Below, piece after piece: positions 37,119-47,655 of a stretch of 64,000 bases of DNA. A program made the position numbers and the translations under genes. The notes under the pieces are model-generated. The model searched no databases, had not been told where the DNA came from, and worked only from the letters and a program-made list of their open reading frames with translations. Each line of letters starts with the position of its first letter. Position 1 is the first letter of the stretch. This DNA comes from Ignavibacteriales bacterium (GTDB taxonomy: Bacteria; Bacteroidota; Ignavibacteria; UBA10030; UBA6906), in contig JBBIRR010000004.1 in the NCBI GenBank assembly GCA_037441705.1, positions 1 through 64,000 on the forward strand, written 5' to 3'.

Positions 37119-37445
37119 ATGAACGAGCAACAACCACCCGGCCCCCAGCAGATCAACATCGAGTTGGGCGAAAAAGAAGCCGAGGGTATCTACTCCAATC
37201 TTGCTATTATCACGCATTCGCCGGCGGAGTTCGTCGTTGATTTTACGCGCGTGCTTCCGGGTGTGCCCAAAGCGCGCGTTCATGCCCGCATCATCATGAC
37301 CACCCAGCATGCGAAGTTGCTGCTCCACGCATTGCAGGATAATATCGCCAAGTACGAAAGCAAGTTCGGCGAGATCAAAGTCCATGGCGAAATGCCCGGA
37401 GGCTTCGGCTTCCAACCCCTCATCAAGGACGAAAAGGTACACTGA
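37119..37445 (+). CDS. DUF3467 domain protein
   Basis: INIEL…AEGIYSNLAIITHSPAEFVVDF…ARIIMT..HAK.L..AL.DNI.KYE.KFGEI. Confidence 0.88.
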   Translation: MNEQQPPGPQQINIELGEKEAEGIYSNLAIITHSPAEFVVDFTRVLPGVPKARVHARIIMTTQHAKLLLHALQDNIAKYESKFGEIKVHGEMPGGFGFQPLIKDEKVH

Positions 37446-37470
37446 ACATTCCGGTTTCTGAAGTTTGATG

Positions 37471-37507
37471 AGTGCTCGCAGGCGTAATTGTATGCGAGCA
37501 CTTTTTT
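37471..37507 (+). terminator. Intrinsic terminator
   Basis: AGTGCTCGCA-loop-TGCGAGCACT followed by a T-run. Confidence 0.85.
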
Positions 37508-37731
37508 ATATCTGATGAGCGATCATACTTTTGTGCACTGCGCTATCAGGCAAACACCTATGGCGAAAAGTGTTTTCGTTCCCATCGGAGTTGAAGAAAT
37601 TACTTCGTAGGCCGGCGCTACATCGACCGACACATTCCCTTCGTTTCCGAATCCCTCTCCGAACCCTCGAGTTTACACGGAGTTACGCAAACCTCTCAGT
37701 ATCGGTCAGGCCATGGTACCTCTTGAGGTCA

Positions 37732-37747
37732 TTGGCACCTGTCTTGC
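37732..37747 (+). promoter_or_regulatory. sigma54 (RpoN) -24/-12 promoter
   Basis: TTGGCAC-CTGTC-TTGC, with exact GG-N10-GC spacing, 50 nt upstream of the ATG at 37798. Confidence 0.7.
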
Positions 37748-37797
37748 GCCTTTCCTTCAAGCGTACGAGATAGCATCATCGTTCAACTGGAGGAATC

Positions 37798-39858
37798 ATG
37801 ACCGTTCGACTGTGGAAAACGGCGCTGCCCCTGGCGCTGGCCGTTCTCACAATGAATTGTTTCAAGGAACCGCTCTCGCCTGTTCTGCCGACGTGGGATG
37901 TGAATGCGACATTTCCCCTCGGCACGCGCGTCTATACGTTGAGCGACTTGATTGCCAAAGACACGTCGCTGCTCAAGGCCGGAGCGAGCAATCAGATCAG
38001 CTTCTCAAAGTCGGCCAATCTCTCACCGACCACGGTGCAGGACCGCCTGACGCTCACTCCGAAGGATACATCGGTTCAGATGAAGCTCGGGGCGTTCAGC
38101 GTCGTCTCTCCTGACAAGCGGACGGCAATCGGCATCCCGTGGTTGCCGCAGGGACAGACAGTGCCGGTACCTGAGACGACGATGGTCTTCAACGACATCA
38201 CTTCCAAGCTGGACGCTTTCGATCAGATCACGCTCAAGAGCGGCACCATCAGCTTGAGGGTGGAGAACAACCTTCCTGTGGTGATGGAAGTGACATCGCC
38301 GATTCGTCTGTTGGACCCGTTGGGTAATGTGATTGCAACGTTTATCTTTTCGCCGTCGGCGATTCCTCCACTCAGCTCTCGGACGGCCAGCGATGATCTT
38401 TCCGCAAAAACCTTCACGAGCGATTTCCGCCTATCCGGCTTGCAGTTCCACACGCCCGGCAGCGCGACTCCGGTTACGATTCCGACCGGCGATCTTCTTG
38501 TCGTTACGCTGTCCACCGCAAACCTGAAAGCGCGCCAGGCAGTGATGGCAGAGATCCCGGCGCAGCGCTTGAACGACAATGACACGACGTCGCTCCGCAT
38601 TGACGATTCCACGCTTGTGAAGGAAGTCTATCTCAAGAACGGAAGCCTGCGCTTCACGTTCCAGAACAACATCCCTCTCTCGATGATGTTCTCGTTTCGC
38701 TTTGCCGAACTCGAGCGACGAAACGGTTCGGCCTACGTCGCGTATGAGGACAGCGTGTATCTTCCGGCTCACGGCTCAGGGTCGATGGTGCTGGACTTGA
38801 CGAACACGCGCGTGGTTTCGCGGAACGGCGATCTCGTACGCGTTCTGAACCTCCGAGGCTCCGTGTCCATCGCCTCGACGGTTGGGCAGCCGGTAACCGT
38901 CTCGGAAACGGACAGGGTTTTCATCTCGGTAACGACGGCTTCTCCGGTCGTTGTCGATTCCGCGATCGCTGTAGTGAAACCGATGTGGGTGAATGTTGAT
39001 ACAAAAGTGGGCCTCCATCTCTGGAGGGGTCTGCAAAAGTTCTCCGGGCAGATCAATCTGCCGGCCGCGCAGTTGCGCATGACGACGCTTTCGTCTATCG
39101 GGTTTCCGGCGGACGCCTACGTGACGCTCGGCGCGCGCACGTCTTCGGGTGATTCGGTCTTTATCCAGCTTCCCGCTTCGCAGCGCCGATTGATGCCCGG
39201 ACAGGATGCCGTCGAGTTCGATCAGGCCGAGGTGGGCCGCTTCCTGAGTCGGCTTGCCTCACGATTTCCCGATTCGCTTCGCGTCAGCGGGAGAGTTCTC
39301 GTCAATCCGCCGGATGTGTACACCCCCTCGCTTGCGGGAGTGGGAAGTGTCGGCAGCAGAAGCGCCATCAGCGGATCGGTGAGCGTGAGCGTTCCTCTGA
39401 ACCTCGGTCTCACGAACGGGACTGTACGGGATACGCTCGTCATCGGCGACACGCTGAACAATGGACAGAAAGGATTTACCTTCGACCAATCGACTCTCGA
39501 TCAGTATAACCGGGGCAAAGTGTACATCGAGCTGGAGAATGGCTTGCCTGCCGAGCTTGCCGTGAAGGTATCGTTCCTCGGCACATCACGCGCTCACCTG
39601 ATGACGCTGCCCCAGAACGACGTCCCCATTCGTCTCGCCGGCGCGCAGGTAGATGCAAGCGGCAACGTTCTTGCACCGAGCCGATCCACGACGGTGTTAG
39701 ACTTGAGCAGGCAGGAACTTGCCAACTACAATCCGGCGGAGTATCTCGCCTACGCTGTTGGTTTGAATACGTCTTCGGGCGGATCAACCGTTCATTTCAA
39801 AACGGATAATTACGTCAAGATTCGTGTGTGGACACAACTCTCGGGGAGGATCAGATAA
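37798..39858 (+). CDS. Large beta-rich hypothetical lipoprotein
   Basis: GGAGG RBS, lipobox-like LTMN-C, P.W…PLG N-terminal motif, and repeated beta-sandwich motifs (VENNLPV, FQNNIPL, LENGLPA). Confidence 0.7.
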   Translation: MTVRLWKTALPLALAVLTMNCFKEPLSPVLPTWDVNATFPLGTRVYTLSDLIAKDTSLLKAGASNQISFSKSANLSPTTVQDRLTLTPKDTSVQMKLGAFSVVSPDKRTAIGIPWLPQGQTVPVPETTMVFNDITSKLDAFDQITLKSGTISLRVENNLPVVMEVTSPIRLLDPLGNVIATFIFSPSAIPPLSSRTASDDLSAKTFTSDFRLSGLQFHTPGSATPVTIPTGDLLVVTLSTANLKARQAVMAEIPAQRLNDNDTTSLRIDDSTLVKEVYLKNGSLRFTFQNNIPLSMMFSFRFAELERRNGSAYVAYEDSVYLPAHGSGSMVLDLTNTRVVSRNGDLVRVLNLRGSVSIASTVGQPVTVSETDRVFISVTTASPVVVDSAIAVVKPMWVNVDTKVGLHLWRGLQKFSGQINLPAAQLRMTTLSSIGFPADAYVTLGARTSSGDSVFIQLPASQRRLMPGQDAVEFDQAEVGRFLSRLASRFPDSLRVSGRVLVNPPDVYTPSLAGVGSVGSRSAISGSVSVSVPLNLGLTNGTVRDTLVIGDTLNNGQKGFTFDQSTLDQYNRGKVYIELENGLPAELAVKVSFLGTSRAHLMTLPQNDVPIRLAGAQVDASGNVLAPSRSTTVLDLSRQELANYNPAEYLAYAVGLNTSSGGSTVHFKTDNYVKIRVWTQLSGRIR

Positions 39859-39859
39859 C

Positions 39860-41242
39860 ATGAGCACACGAATCGTCGGAATGTTCGTTGCGACTGTTTT
39901 CATCGCTCACACGGTGTTTGCCGGAGGCGATCGGGTTGATGTTCGTGGGATGGGGATGGCGCGGACGTCTGCGGCTGCGGCCCGAGGACTTGATGCCGTG
40001 GGCGTCAACCCTGCCAATCTTGCGATGAAAGATAACACACTAACGCTCAGCCTCGCGCCGATAGGCGTGCATGCGGGCAGTGATTTTCTTAGCTACGGAC
40101 TCTACAACGAGTACTTCACCGGCGTTGAAACGGGAAACGGTCGCGTCGGAAAATATTTGGATGAACCGGACAAGCAGAAAATTCTTGATGCCTTTCGCGG
40201 CGGCGTCGGTGAAGTGACGGCCGATGCAGCGTATCGTCTCGTCGGCCTCACGGTGCAGCTCGAGTCGGTGGGCGGATTCGCCTTTACGATCACGGACAAT
40301 CTCTCGGGCATTGCGAGAATCCCCAACGACTACGTCCGCTTCATTCTGTACGGCAACACACCAGGCTCTGTATACGATTTTGGGAGAACGAGTGCGAAGG
40401 CTGCATGGCTGAGAGAGTACGCGCTTTCGTTCGGCGGAACGATTCCTCATCCTTCCTTCATGCAGTGGCTGTCGCTGGGTGCGGCGATCAAGTTGGTGGA
40501 AGGATACGGTTACTATGAGGTGGAACGCTTCAATACATCGCTGACCACATCGGACAACGGCGTCTTGATCGGGCGCGTGGGATATCTGGCTCGTCTTGCG
40601 GGGCTTGACCCGACGCGCGAGGGGAACGGGTTCTCGTGGTCGCCGTTCGGTCAGCGGGCATACGGACATGGAACAGGTTTCGATATCGGCGTTGCGGGGG
40701 GCATTGGCGGCTTCATCACTGTCGGCATGAGCATGACGGATATTGGTCAGGTGAACTGGGAGGAGAGCATCGAGGAGACTTACGCGGATACCACGCTTGT
40801 GGTGGATGACCCGCGCGAGGTTGAAGATGGGACGATCATCGAGAACGCGTTGCGGGGGAAGAAACGCGCGGGCACGCCGTTCTCGAGATCGCTGCCCACA
40901 ACGTTTCGGGCAGGCGCTGCTGTGCAGGTAGAGAAGTTGGTGGATTGGATGCCGGGTGAGCTGGTGGTTGCTGCCGACTACACCAAAGGCCTTGCTGATG
41001 CCCCCGGCACAACGCTGTACGCGCGATTTTCTCTCGGCATGGAGTGGAAGCTCCTGCAATTCCTGCCGCTGCGCACGGGCGTCTCGTTTGGCGGTACCGA
41101 TCGCACGAATGTCGCCTTCGGCTTCGGATTGCACTTCGGTGTGTTTGATCTCGACCTCGCAACGGAAAACCTCGACCTTCTCTGGGGAGGCGACAGCGTG
41201 ACGCACGGTTCAGTCGCCATCGGGACGCGATTCAGATTCTGA
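39860..41242 (+). CDS. DUF5723-like outer-membrane beta-barrel (FadL/PorV/TraF clan)
   Basis: ATG 1 nt after the upstream stop. RGMGMA…NPANLA (FadL-clan N-terminus), GFDIGV…MTDIGQVNW, LPTTFRAG, LPLRTG, terminal Phe (RFRF). Confidence 0.75.
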   Translation: MSTRIVGMFVATVFIAHTVFAGGDRVDVRGMGMARTSAAAARGLDAVGVNPANLAMKDNTLTLSLAPIGVHAGSDFLSYGLYNEYFTGVETGNGRVGKYLDEPDKQKILDAFRGGVGEVTADAAYRLVGLTVQLESVGGFAFTITDNLSGIARIPNDYVRFILYGNTPGSVYDFGRTSAKAAWLREYALSFGGTIPHPSFMQWLSLGAAIKLVEGYGYYEVERFNTSLTTSDNGVLIGRVGYLARLAGLDPTREGNGFSWSPFGQRAYGHGTGFDIGVAGGIGGFITVGMSMTDIGQVNWEESIEETYADTTLVVDDPREVEDGTIIENALRGKKRAGTPFSRSLPTTFRAGAAVQVEKLVDWMPGELVVAADYTKGLADAPGTTLYARFSLGMEWKLLQFLPLRTGVSFGGTDRTNVAFGFGLHFGVFDLDLATENLDLLWGGDSVTHGSVAIGTRFRF

Positions 41243-41395
41243 TCCTTAGTGGGAGTGATAGAGAGAGCGCCCCGGCGCTGTCGTCGGGGCGTTCGTCGTT
41301 TGTGCAAGACGCACACATTGATTTTCCTCCAAATTCATTTATATTGCATCCAACCATTCAGCTTTGCCCATCATATCGTCCTGACGCATCTTGCG

Positions 41396-43636
41396 ATGAA
41401 GACTACTGCTCCTCTCGATGACGTCTATCGGGTAATTCACAATGACCACCACGATCCGTTCCAGGTTCTCGGGATGCATCCGATGACACTCAATGGCAAG
41501 CAGTGCGTCGTCGTTCGTGCATTTATTCCCGACGCGGAGTCGCTCACGGTCATCGAGGTTCCGCCCCCAACAAGCTCAGAGACACAAACAACCGCACAGA
41601 CGCAGAAGCTGCGCGAATACGCGATGGAGAAGATTCACCCCGACGGGTTTTTCGAGTGTGTGATCAAGACCCGCAAGAACGTCTTTCCCTATCAGCTCAA
41701 GAAGGTAACTGTGCAGGGCGAGATTGCAGTCTTCCACGACTCCTACTCGTTCATGCCCACCCTGACGGATTTCGACATCTACCTTTTCAATGCGGGAGAC
41801 CATCATCGGATTTATGAAAAGCTGGGCGCGCATTATGCGGAAGTCAATGGCGTGGGCGGCGTGCAGTTTGCCGTATGGGCTCCGGCCGCACGCAGCGTCA
41901 GCGTTATCGGCGACTTCAATCGTTGGGATAGACGTTTTCACGCCATGCGTGTGTTGGGATCATCGGGCATCTGGGAGATTTTCATACCGGGACTGCCCGA
42001 AGGAACGCTCTATAAGTATCACGTGAAGACACAGCAGGGGTTTGTTCTTGACAAGACCGATCCGTATGGGACGGAAATGGAACTGCGCCCACGAACAGCA
42101 GCGCGGGTCAATTTCCTCCAAGGTCATCAATGGCACGATCAGGAGTGGATGGAGCGCCGCGCCAAGGAGGATCAACTCGGCAAGCCGATGGCCATTTATG
42201 AAGTGCATTTAGGCTCATGGAAATTGAAGGAGGGCGGAAGGTGGATGTCATATCGAGAGTTGGCCGAAGAGCTTGTGCGCTACGTAAGGGAAGCCGGCTA
42301 CACGCATATCGAACTGATGCCGATCATGGAACATCCTTACGATGGTTCGTGGGGCTATCAGGTGACGGGATATTACGCACCGACGAGCCGCTTCGGTTCG
42401 CCGCAGGACTTTATGTACTTCGTCGACTACTGCCACCAGAATGACATTGGCGTCATTCTCGACTGGGTGCCTGCGCATTTTCCCAAGGACATTCACGCCC
42501 TGGGCTTGTTCGACGGCACGCATGTGTACGAGCACGCCGACCCGCGCAAGGGCGAACACGTGGATTGGGGGACGTACATCTTCAACTATGGCCGCAATGA
42601 AGTGAAGAATTTCCTCGTCGGAAACTCGCTGTTCTGGCTCGAGAAGTATCACGTTGACGGTCTCCGCATCGACGCGGTTGCCTCGATGCTTTATCTCGAC
42701 TACTCCCGCAAAGAAGGTGAATGGATTCCCAACCGCTATGGCGGCAGAGAGAATCTCGAAGCGATCGAATTCATCAAACACATGAATGCCGTAGTGCATC
42801 AATACTATCCCGGCGTTCTCATGATCGCGGAGGAGTCAACCGCCTGGCCCGGTGTCACGCACGCGCTGGAACACAACGGCCTGGGCTTCGATCTGAAATG
42901 GAATATGGGCTGGATGCACGATATGCTGGAGTATTTCTCCAAAGATCCCATTTACCGCCGGTACCATCACGACAAGCTTACCTTTGCTGCGTGGTATGCC
43001 TGGAGCGAGCGGTTTCTCCTGCCGCTCTCCCACGATGAAGTCGTGCACGGCAAGCGTTCGCTGTTGGACAAGATGCCGGGGGACGTCTGGCAGAAGTTTG
43101 CCAACCTGCGCGCGCTGTACGCGCTGATGTATGCCTTTCCCGGCAAGAAGCTGCTGTTCATGGGGGGTGAGTTTGCGCAGTGGACAGAGTGGAACTTCGA
43201 GCGCAGTCTCGACTGGGCGCTGCTTGACTATGAGTACCATCGCGGCGTCTTCAAACTTGTTCAGGATTTGAACGCCCTCTACAAAACTCAGGCTGCTCTC
43301 CACGCTGTGGACTTTTCCCATGAAGGATTCGAGTGGATTGATTTTTCCGACCACGCGAGCAGCATCGTTTCGTTTGAACGCAAAGCAGGCGAGGGCAGTG
43401 AAATCGTCATTGCCGTCTTCAACTTTACTCCCGTACCGCGCTATGGGTATCGCATCGGCGTGCGGCACGAGGGCGTGTACGCTGAGTTACTGAACACCGA
43501 TGCCCTTGTGTACGGAGGAAGCAACGTCGGTAATGCAGGCGAGGTTCATGCCGATGCAGTTCCGTGCCACAATCGAAACTATTCGCTTTCGCTGACGCTT
43601 CCGCCGTTGGGAGCGTTGTTCCTGAAACGAAGATAG
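41396..43636 (+). CDS. glgB: 1,4-alpha-glucan branching enzyme
   Basis: [58 protein letters not shown]. Start moved to ATG at 41396, downstream of TTGATT-16-TATATT at 41318-41345. Confidence 0.96.
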   Translation: MKTTAPLDDVYRVIHNDHHDPFQVLGMHPMTLNGKQCVVVRAFIPDAESLTVIEVPPPTSSETQTTAQTQKLREYAMEKIHPDGFFECVIKTRKNVFPYQLKKVTVQGEIAVFHDSYSFMPTLTDFDIYLFNAGDHHRIYEKLGAHYAEVNGVGGVQFAVWAPAARSVSVIGDFNRWDRRFHAMRVLGSSGIWEIFIPGLPEGTLYKYHVKTQQGFVLDKTDPYGTEMELRPRTAARVNFLQGHQWHDQEWMERRAKEDQLGKPMAIYEVHLGSWKLKEGGRWMSYRELAEELVRYVREAGYTHIELMPIMEHPYDGSWGYQVTGYYAPTSRFGSPQDFMYFVDYCHQNDIGVILDWVPAHFPKDIHALGLFDGTHVYEHADPRKGEHVDWGTYIFNYGRNEVKNFLVGNSLFWLEKYHVDGLRIDAVASMLYLDYSRKEGEWIPNRYGGRENLEAIEFIKHMNAVVHQYYPGVLMIAEESTAWPGVTHALEHNGLGFDLKWNMGWMHDMLEYFSKDPIYRRYHHDKLTFAAWYAWSERFLLPLSHDEVVHGKRSLLDKMPGDVWQKFANLRALYALMYAFPGKKLLFMGGEFAQWTEWNFERSLDWALLDYEYHRGVFKLVQDLNALYKTQAALHAVDFSHEGFEWIDFSDHASSIVSFERKAGEGSEIVIAVFNFTPVPRYGYRIGVRHEGVYAELLNTDALVYGGSNVGNAGEVHADAVPCHNRNYSLSLTLPPLGALFLKRR

Positions 43637-43667
43637 ACTCTCGGTCGTTCGCAGTAAGGAGTTCGCT

Positions 43668-44576
43668 ATGAAAATTGTTCTTGCCGGAGGCAGTGGATTC
43701 ATCGGAAGGGGGATCGTGGAAAAGTTCGCGCGGGAGGCACACGGCATCGTGCTTTTGACACGACAGGCTGCACGCGAGCATCCCGAATGGCCCGCCGTGC
43801 GATCCGTCCGGTGGGACGCGCGCACGGTCGGCGCGTGGGCGGCGGAGATCGAGGGCGCCGATGCGGTGCTGAATTTCGCCGGCGAGCCTCTCGACGCGAA
43901 ACGGTGGACTGCGAAGCAAAAGAAAGTGATTGTATCCAGCCGGGTCGAGGCGACCCGTGCGCTTGTTGAAGCAATACGTCAGGCGCAGAAGAGACCGCCC
44001 GTTCTGGTCAACGCATCGGCTGTCGGCTATTATGGACACGTCGAGCATGATGAAGTGACGGAGGATCGCGGGCGCGGCGGCGATTTTCTCGCACAGGTCG
44101 TGTCGGAATGGGAAAGCGAAGCCGAGAACGCGTCCCAGTTTGGCGTGCGCGTGGTGTGCCTGCGCATGGGCGTTGTGCTCGCGCGGAACGGCGGCGCGCT
44201 CAGGAAGATGGCCTTGCCCTTCAAGTTCTTTGTCGGAGGATACCTCGGCACCGGGCGGCAGTGGTTCCCGTGGGTCCATCGCGCCGATGTGGCAAACGCC
44301 GTTGACTTTGTAGTGCGAAATCCATCGCTGCGCGGCGCGGTAAACGTCGTTGCCCCCGAAGCGGTAACGATGAAACAGTTTTGTGATGTGCTCGGAAAGG
44401 TGATGGGCCGACCCTCATGGGCACCGGTGCCGGGCGTTGTGCTCAAGGTAGTGCTGGGCGAGATGGCCGACATGCTGCTGACAGGCCAGCGCGTCGTTCC
44501 TGCCAAACTCGACCGTCATGGATACAGGTTTCTTTTCCCAAAATTAGATGATGCGTTGCGGGATATTTTTTCGTAG
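43668..44576 (+). CDS. TIGR01777/YfcH family NAD(P)-binding epimerase-like protein
   Basis: GGSGFIG, NFAGE, RWT…SRV, ASAVGYYG, GTGRQWFPWVH, GQRVVP. Confidence 0.92.
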   Translation: MKIVLAGGSGFIGRGIVEKFAREAHGIVLLTRQAAREHPEWPAVRSVRWDARTVGAWAAEIEGADAVLNFAGEPLDAKRWTAKQKKVIVSSRVEATRALVEAIRQAQKRPPVLVNASAVGYYGHVEHDEVTEDRGRGGDFLAQVVSEWESEAENASQFGVRVVCLRMGVVLARNGGALRKMALPFKFFVGGYLGTGRQWFPWVHRADVANAVDFVVRNPSLRGAVNVVAPEAVTMKQFCDVLGKVMGRPSWAPVPGVVLKVVLGEMADMLLTGQRVVPAKLDRHGYRFLFPKLDDALRDIFS

Positions 44577-44640
44577 ATTCATTCCCGACTTCCTCCGAAG
44601 CCTGGAAGCCCCCCATTGTTGAATTAACCAAAACGTTCGT

Positions 44641-45498
44641 ATGAGCCGTCTCAAGCTTGCTCTGCTCGTGGTCTTGTCCGCGGCCTCGATTGGCGGTGCA
44701 GGCTACATGCTTGGGTACGAGGGCATTCTCTTCGCATTTCTCCTCTGGCTTGTGCTTGTGGTCGGATTGGTGTGGATTGCAGATAAGTTTGTGCTGAAGC
44801 TGTGCAATGCCGAGCTGCTGACGGTGTATCACAGTCCGATGATTTTCGAGGCGGTGAAGGAGGTGAGCACGCGGGCCGGGCTGCCGATGCCGGCAGTGTA
44901 CATGATGCCGGGCGATGCACCCAATCTGTTCTCGGTGGGACGCAGCCAACGGCACGCGGGCGTTGTGGTTACCGAAGGGATTCTCAATGCAATGAATGCA
45001 GAGGAGTTCAGAAGCGCGATTGCGCATGAGATGGTGCACATCTTTCGCAACGACACGCTGCTTGCCTCGCTTGCCGCCACCCTCGCAGGCTTCCTCGGCA
45101 TGGGTTCGCGCCGGGCACGCCTTGCCGCTTCTGTCCCTTCCAACGGCAAGAAGAGTCTGTTTGCCTTCCCGGGCATCCTCATCTTCACTGCGCCCGTTGC
45201 TGCTCTCATTATTCAATCACTTGTCTCCCCACGAAGGGAATTGCGAGCAGATCTTCTTGGCGCAAAACTCATGGGGAACCCCTCGGCAATGGCAAGCGCC
45301 ATTCGCATCATGGAAAAGAGAAAGCATGCGGTACCGCTTTCAGTCGCGCCCGCGGTGTCGCACCTGTTCATGGTCAATCCTCTTCCTCACGGACGGGCAG
45401 CGCGTATGTTCTCTGTGCACCCGCCGCTGGCGGATCGAGTTCGAGTGCTTGAAGAGTTGCAGAAGAAATTAGACGCCAATGTACCTACAGCAGCGTAG
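44641..45498 (+). CDS. htpX: M48 family zinc metalloprotease, HtpX-like
   Basis: Two N-terminal TM helices, AGLPMP.VY…PN, VTEGIL, AHEMVH (HExxH), RELRAD, FSVHPP. Confidence 0.85.
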   Translation: MSRLKLALLVVLSAASIGGAGYMLGYEGILFAFLLWLVLVVGLVWIADKFVLKLCNAELLTVYHSPMIFEAVKEVSTRAGLPMPAVYMMPGDAPNLFSVGRSQRHAGVVVTEGILNAMNAEEFRSAIAHEMVHIFRNDTLLASLAATLAGFLGMGSRRARLAASVPSNGKKSLFAFPGILIFTAPVAALIIQSLVSPRRELRADLLGAKLMGNPSAMASAIRIMEKRKHAVPLSVAPAVSHLFMVNPLPHGRAARMFSVHPPLADRVRVLEELQKKLDANVPTAA

Positions 45499-45499
45499 A

Positions 45500-47632
45500 A
45501 TGAGCATGAGGATAGCGCAACGTGCAGCGGTGTTTTGTGTTGCTGTCATTGTGGTGATGGCGGAAGGACACGCACGCGACACAAACACCCGCATTCCCCC
45601 CATCATCTTCGTCTCCCGCAACGCTATCGCCGAAGCGCAGCCGGGCAGCCTTCCCGGCTTCGGACCTGAACATCGCACAGCCGTCGTCGGCGGAAAGCTG
45701 ATGATGCGGGAGCGTACCGGCAAGCTGCGTGTGCTGGTGGACTCAACGAGGCTGATCGATGTAGCCGACCCGTGTGTCTCGTGGGACGGCAGGCGCGTGC
45801 TGTTTTCCGGCATTCAGCACCCGGACAGCAACTGGCGGATTTTTGAAATCGGTGTGGATGGAAAAAAATTCCGACAGCTCACCTTTTCGGACCGAGCCCT
45901 TGACCTCAGCCAATTCGGTGCGGCGGCGCCGCGGTTTCGTCGCTACGACGACTTCGATCCCTGTTATCTTCCTGATGGAAAGATCGCCTTTGCCAGCACA
46001 CGCTATCCCTCGCTTGCGATGGTGGCGCCCGTTCGGACGAGCAACATCTACGTGATGGACGCCGATGGCCGCAACCTTCGCCGCATCACCAGTGAGCGCA
46101 ACGGCGGCGAAGAGCCGACCGTTGATCCGGTGACGGGACGGATTGTGTACGCGCGTTGGTGGGCCAACGTTGATCGTCCGAGCAACCTCACGCGCAACAA
46201 TCTCTCCCGTGAAGACGCCACGGCACTCACCAACGACATCGGCAACATCTGGCACGCGGTGGCAATCAATCCCGATGGTGATGCGCTGAAGCTCTATGCG
46301 GGATTTGCGCGCACGCGCTACGGCACGCAAACCTACAAGCCCGCCGTGATGAGCAACGGCCGGCTTCTCAGCACATTCTCTCCGAGAACCGCGCTTGTGC
46401 CGTCGGGCGGTGGTTCGGGGATCCGATGGTTCAATCCGGGTGCCGACTACGAGCGTCACATCATCGGCGTGCGTTCGGATGAATCTCTGCGCGCGCAGCC
46501 GTTTGCTTCTCCTCCGTATGCTTCTGATCCCGTCGAGTTAGATGCACGCACCATTCTCTTTGCCTACTCCGGCGACGGAAAAGACTACGGTATCTACGTC
46601 TGTTCGCTCGACGGAAAAAACCTTCGGGCGGTGATTGATTTGCCGGGGACGTTAGAACTTGAGCCGCAGGTCGTCGCTGTCAGGAAGCGTCCACCGGTTG
46701 TGGTCGAACAGTTCGTCACGCCCGTGTCCGATCTTCCGCCGACGGAGGACCCGGAGACATACGCGCGCAACGATTTCTTCCGCTTCGATTGCATGAACAT
46801 CTTCATTAACGGCAAGGTTGATGAGCCGATGCCCGATGCGCCCCGCATTGCTCAGGACCTCACCATTCAGTTCTTCATGAATCCGCAGCGTCAGAGCACC
46901 GACCGGCCGGATCCTTCTATTCTCCTCAAGACGGCTCCTGTGTTCTACATGGGCGCTGTGCACGAACATGATGTACCTGCAGAGGTGCCGCTGTTCGAGC
47001 AAATCATAGACAAGGATGGAAAGGTGTTGGAGACAACGGACGGAAAGTTTGCCCACGTCGCCGGGTTCAACTTCGAGCGTGTCGGCTCGGGAACCAAATG
47101 CGCGGGATGCCACATAGGTCACTCGATGCTCGAAGTTCCTAAGAACGGCGAGATTGCCGAGTGGTTCAACGCCGCTCCTTCGGCCGCTGTGACGGCAAGC
47201 TCAGCACTCGGCAGCGGGAATGATAAATTGTTTGCCGCCCGCAACGTTGTTGATCGCCAGGCTCGCGTGGGCGGTGATGCGGTCGTCTGGGCTGCAGCAG
47301 AAGAAAAGGAGCCTTGGGTGGAATTGCGTTGGCACATTCCCATTGAAGTCCGCGAGTTCGTTCTGTACAACATTCCTCACCGTCCGAGCGAAGGAACGGC
47401 GCTGAACGTGCATAATTGCAAAATTTTGTTATATTATCACGGCACTGAAATCGCCGCTATCCCTGTGGTTGGTCCACTGAAAACGAGCGGAACAGCGATT
47501 TCCGTTCGCCCCACCAAAATCGACGCCGCTAGGATTACGATTACGAAGTTCTTTGGAAACATAAGGCACCGCCCCGTCGCGGGTCTTGCTGAAGTTGAGA
47601 CCATAGCACGACTCTTGCCGATCTCACCATAA
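45500..47632 (+). CDS. Hydrazine synthase alpha subunit-related protein (TolB/PD40 propeller, HZS-alpha middle-domain-like region, single CxxCH, discoidin-like C-terminus)
   Basis: Signal peptide. DPCVSWDGRRVLFS, DFDPCYLPDGKIAFASTR, NIYVMDADGRNLRRIT, GRIVYARW, VPAEVPLFEQIIDKDG and CAGCH. Confidence 0.7.
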   Translation: MSMRIAQRAAVFCVAVIVVMAEGHARDTNTRIPPIIFVSRNAIAEAQPGSLPGFGPEHRTAVVGGKLMMRERTGKLRVLVDSTRLIDVADPCVSWDGRRVLFSGIQHPDSNWRIFEIGVDGKKFRQLTFSDRALDLSQFGAAAPRFRRYDDFDPCYLPDGKIAFASTRYPSLAMVAPVRTSNIYVMDADGRNLRRITSERNGGEEPTVDPVTGRIVYARWWANVDRPSNLTRNNLSREDATALTNDIGNIWHAVAINPDGDALKLYAGFARTRYGTQTYKPAVMSNGRLLSTFSPRTALVPSGGGSGIRWFNPGADYERHIIGVRSDESLRAQPFASPPYASDPVELDARTILFAYSGDGKDYGIYVCSLDGKNLRAVIDLPGTLELEPQVVAVRKRPPVVVEQFVTPVSDLPPTEDPETYARNDFFRFDCMNIFINGKVDEPMPDAPRIAQDLTIQFFMNPQRQSTDRPDPSILLKTAPVFYMGAVHEHDVPAEVPLFEQIIDKDGKVLETTDGKFAHVAGFNFERVGSGTKCAGCHIGHSMLEVPKNGEIAEWFNAAPSAAVTASSALGSGNDKLFAARNVVDRQARVGGDAVVWAAAEEKEPWVELRWHIPIEVREFVLYNIPHRPSEGTALNVHNCKILLYYHGTEIAAIPVVGPLKTSGTAISVRPTKIDAARITITKFFGNIRHRPVAGLAEVETIARLLPISP

Positions 47633-47655
47633 TTCATTCTACATAGAGGAGTACA

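Noticed and set aside
37540-37730. c-di-GMP-I riboswitch (GGCAAAC…GAAA and later ACGCAAA)
   Set aside because: The two conserved pieces are over 100 nt apart, the P2/P3 arrangement is missing, and the region lies upstream of the predicted sigma54 promoter. An Rfam scan would settle it.
41249-41395. N-terminal extensions in the ORF track (glgB; likewise 59595, 55596, 53227, 30447, 32824, 35754)
   Set aside because: The extensions run over terminators, promoters or neighbouring genes. Downstream starts fit RBS position or family length better.
45500-47632. Evidence for anammox metabolism
   Set aside because: Only one CxxCH, a divergent C-terminus, no hzsB/hzsC/hao genes, and the host is not planctomycete-like.
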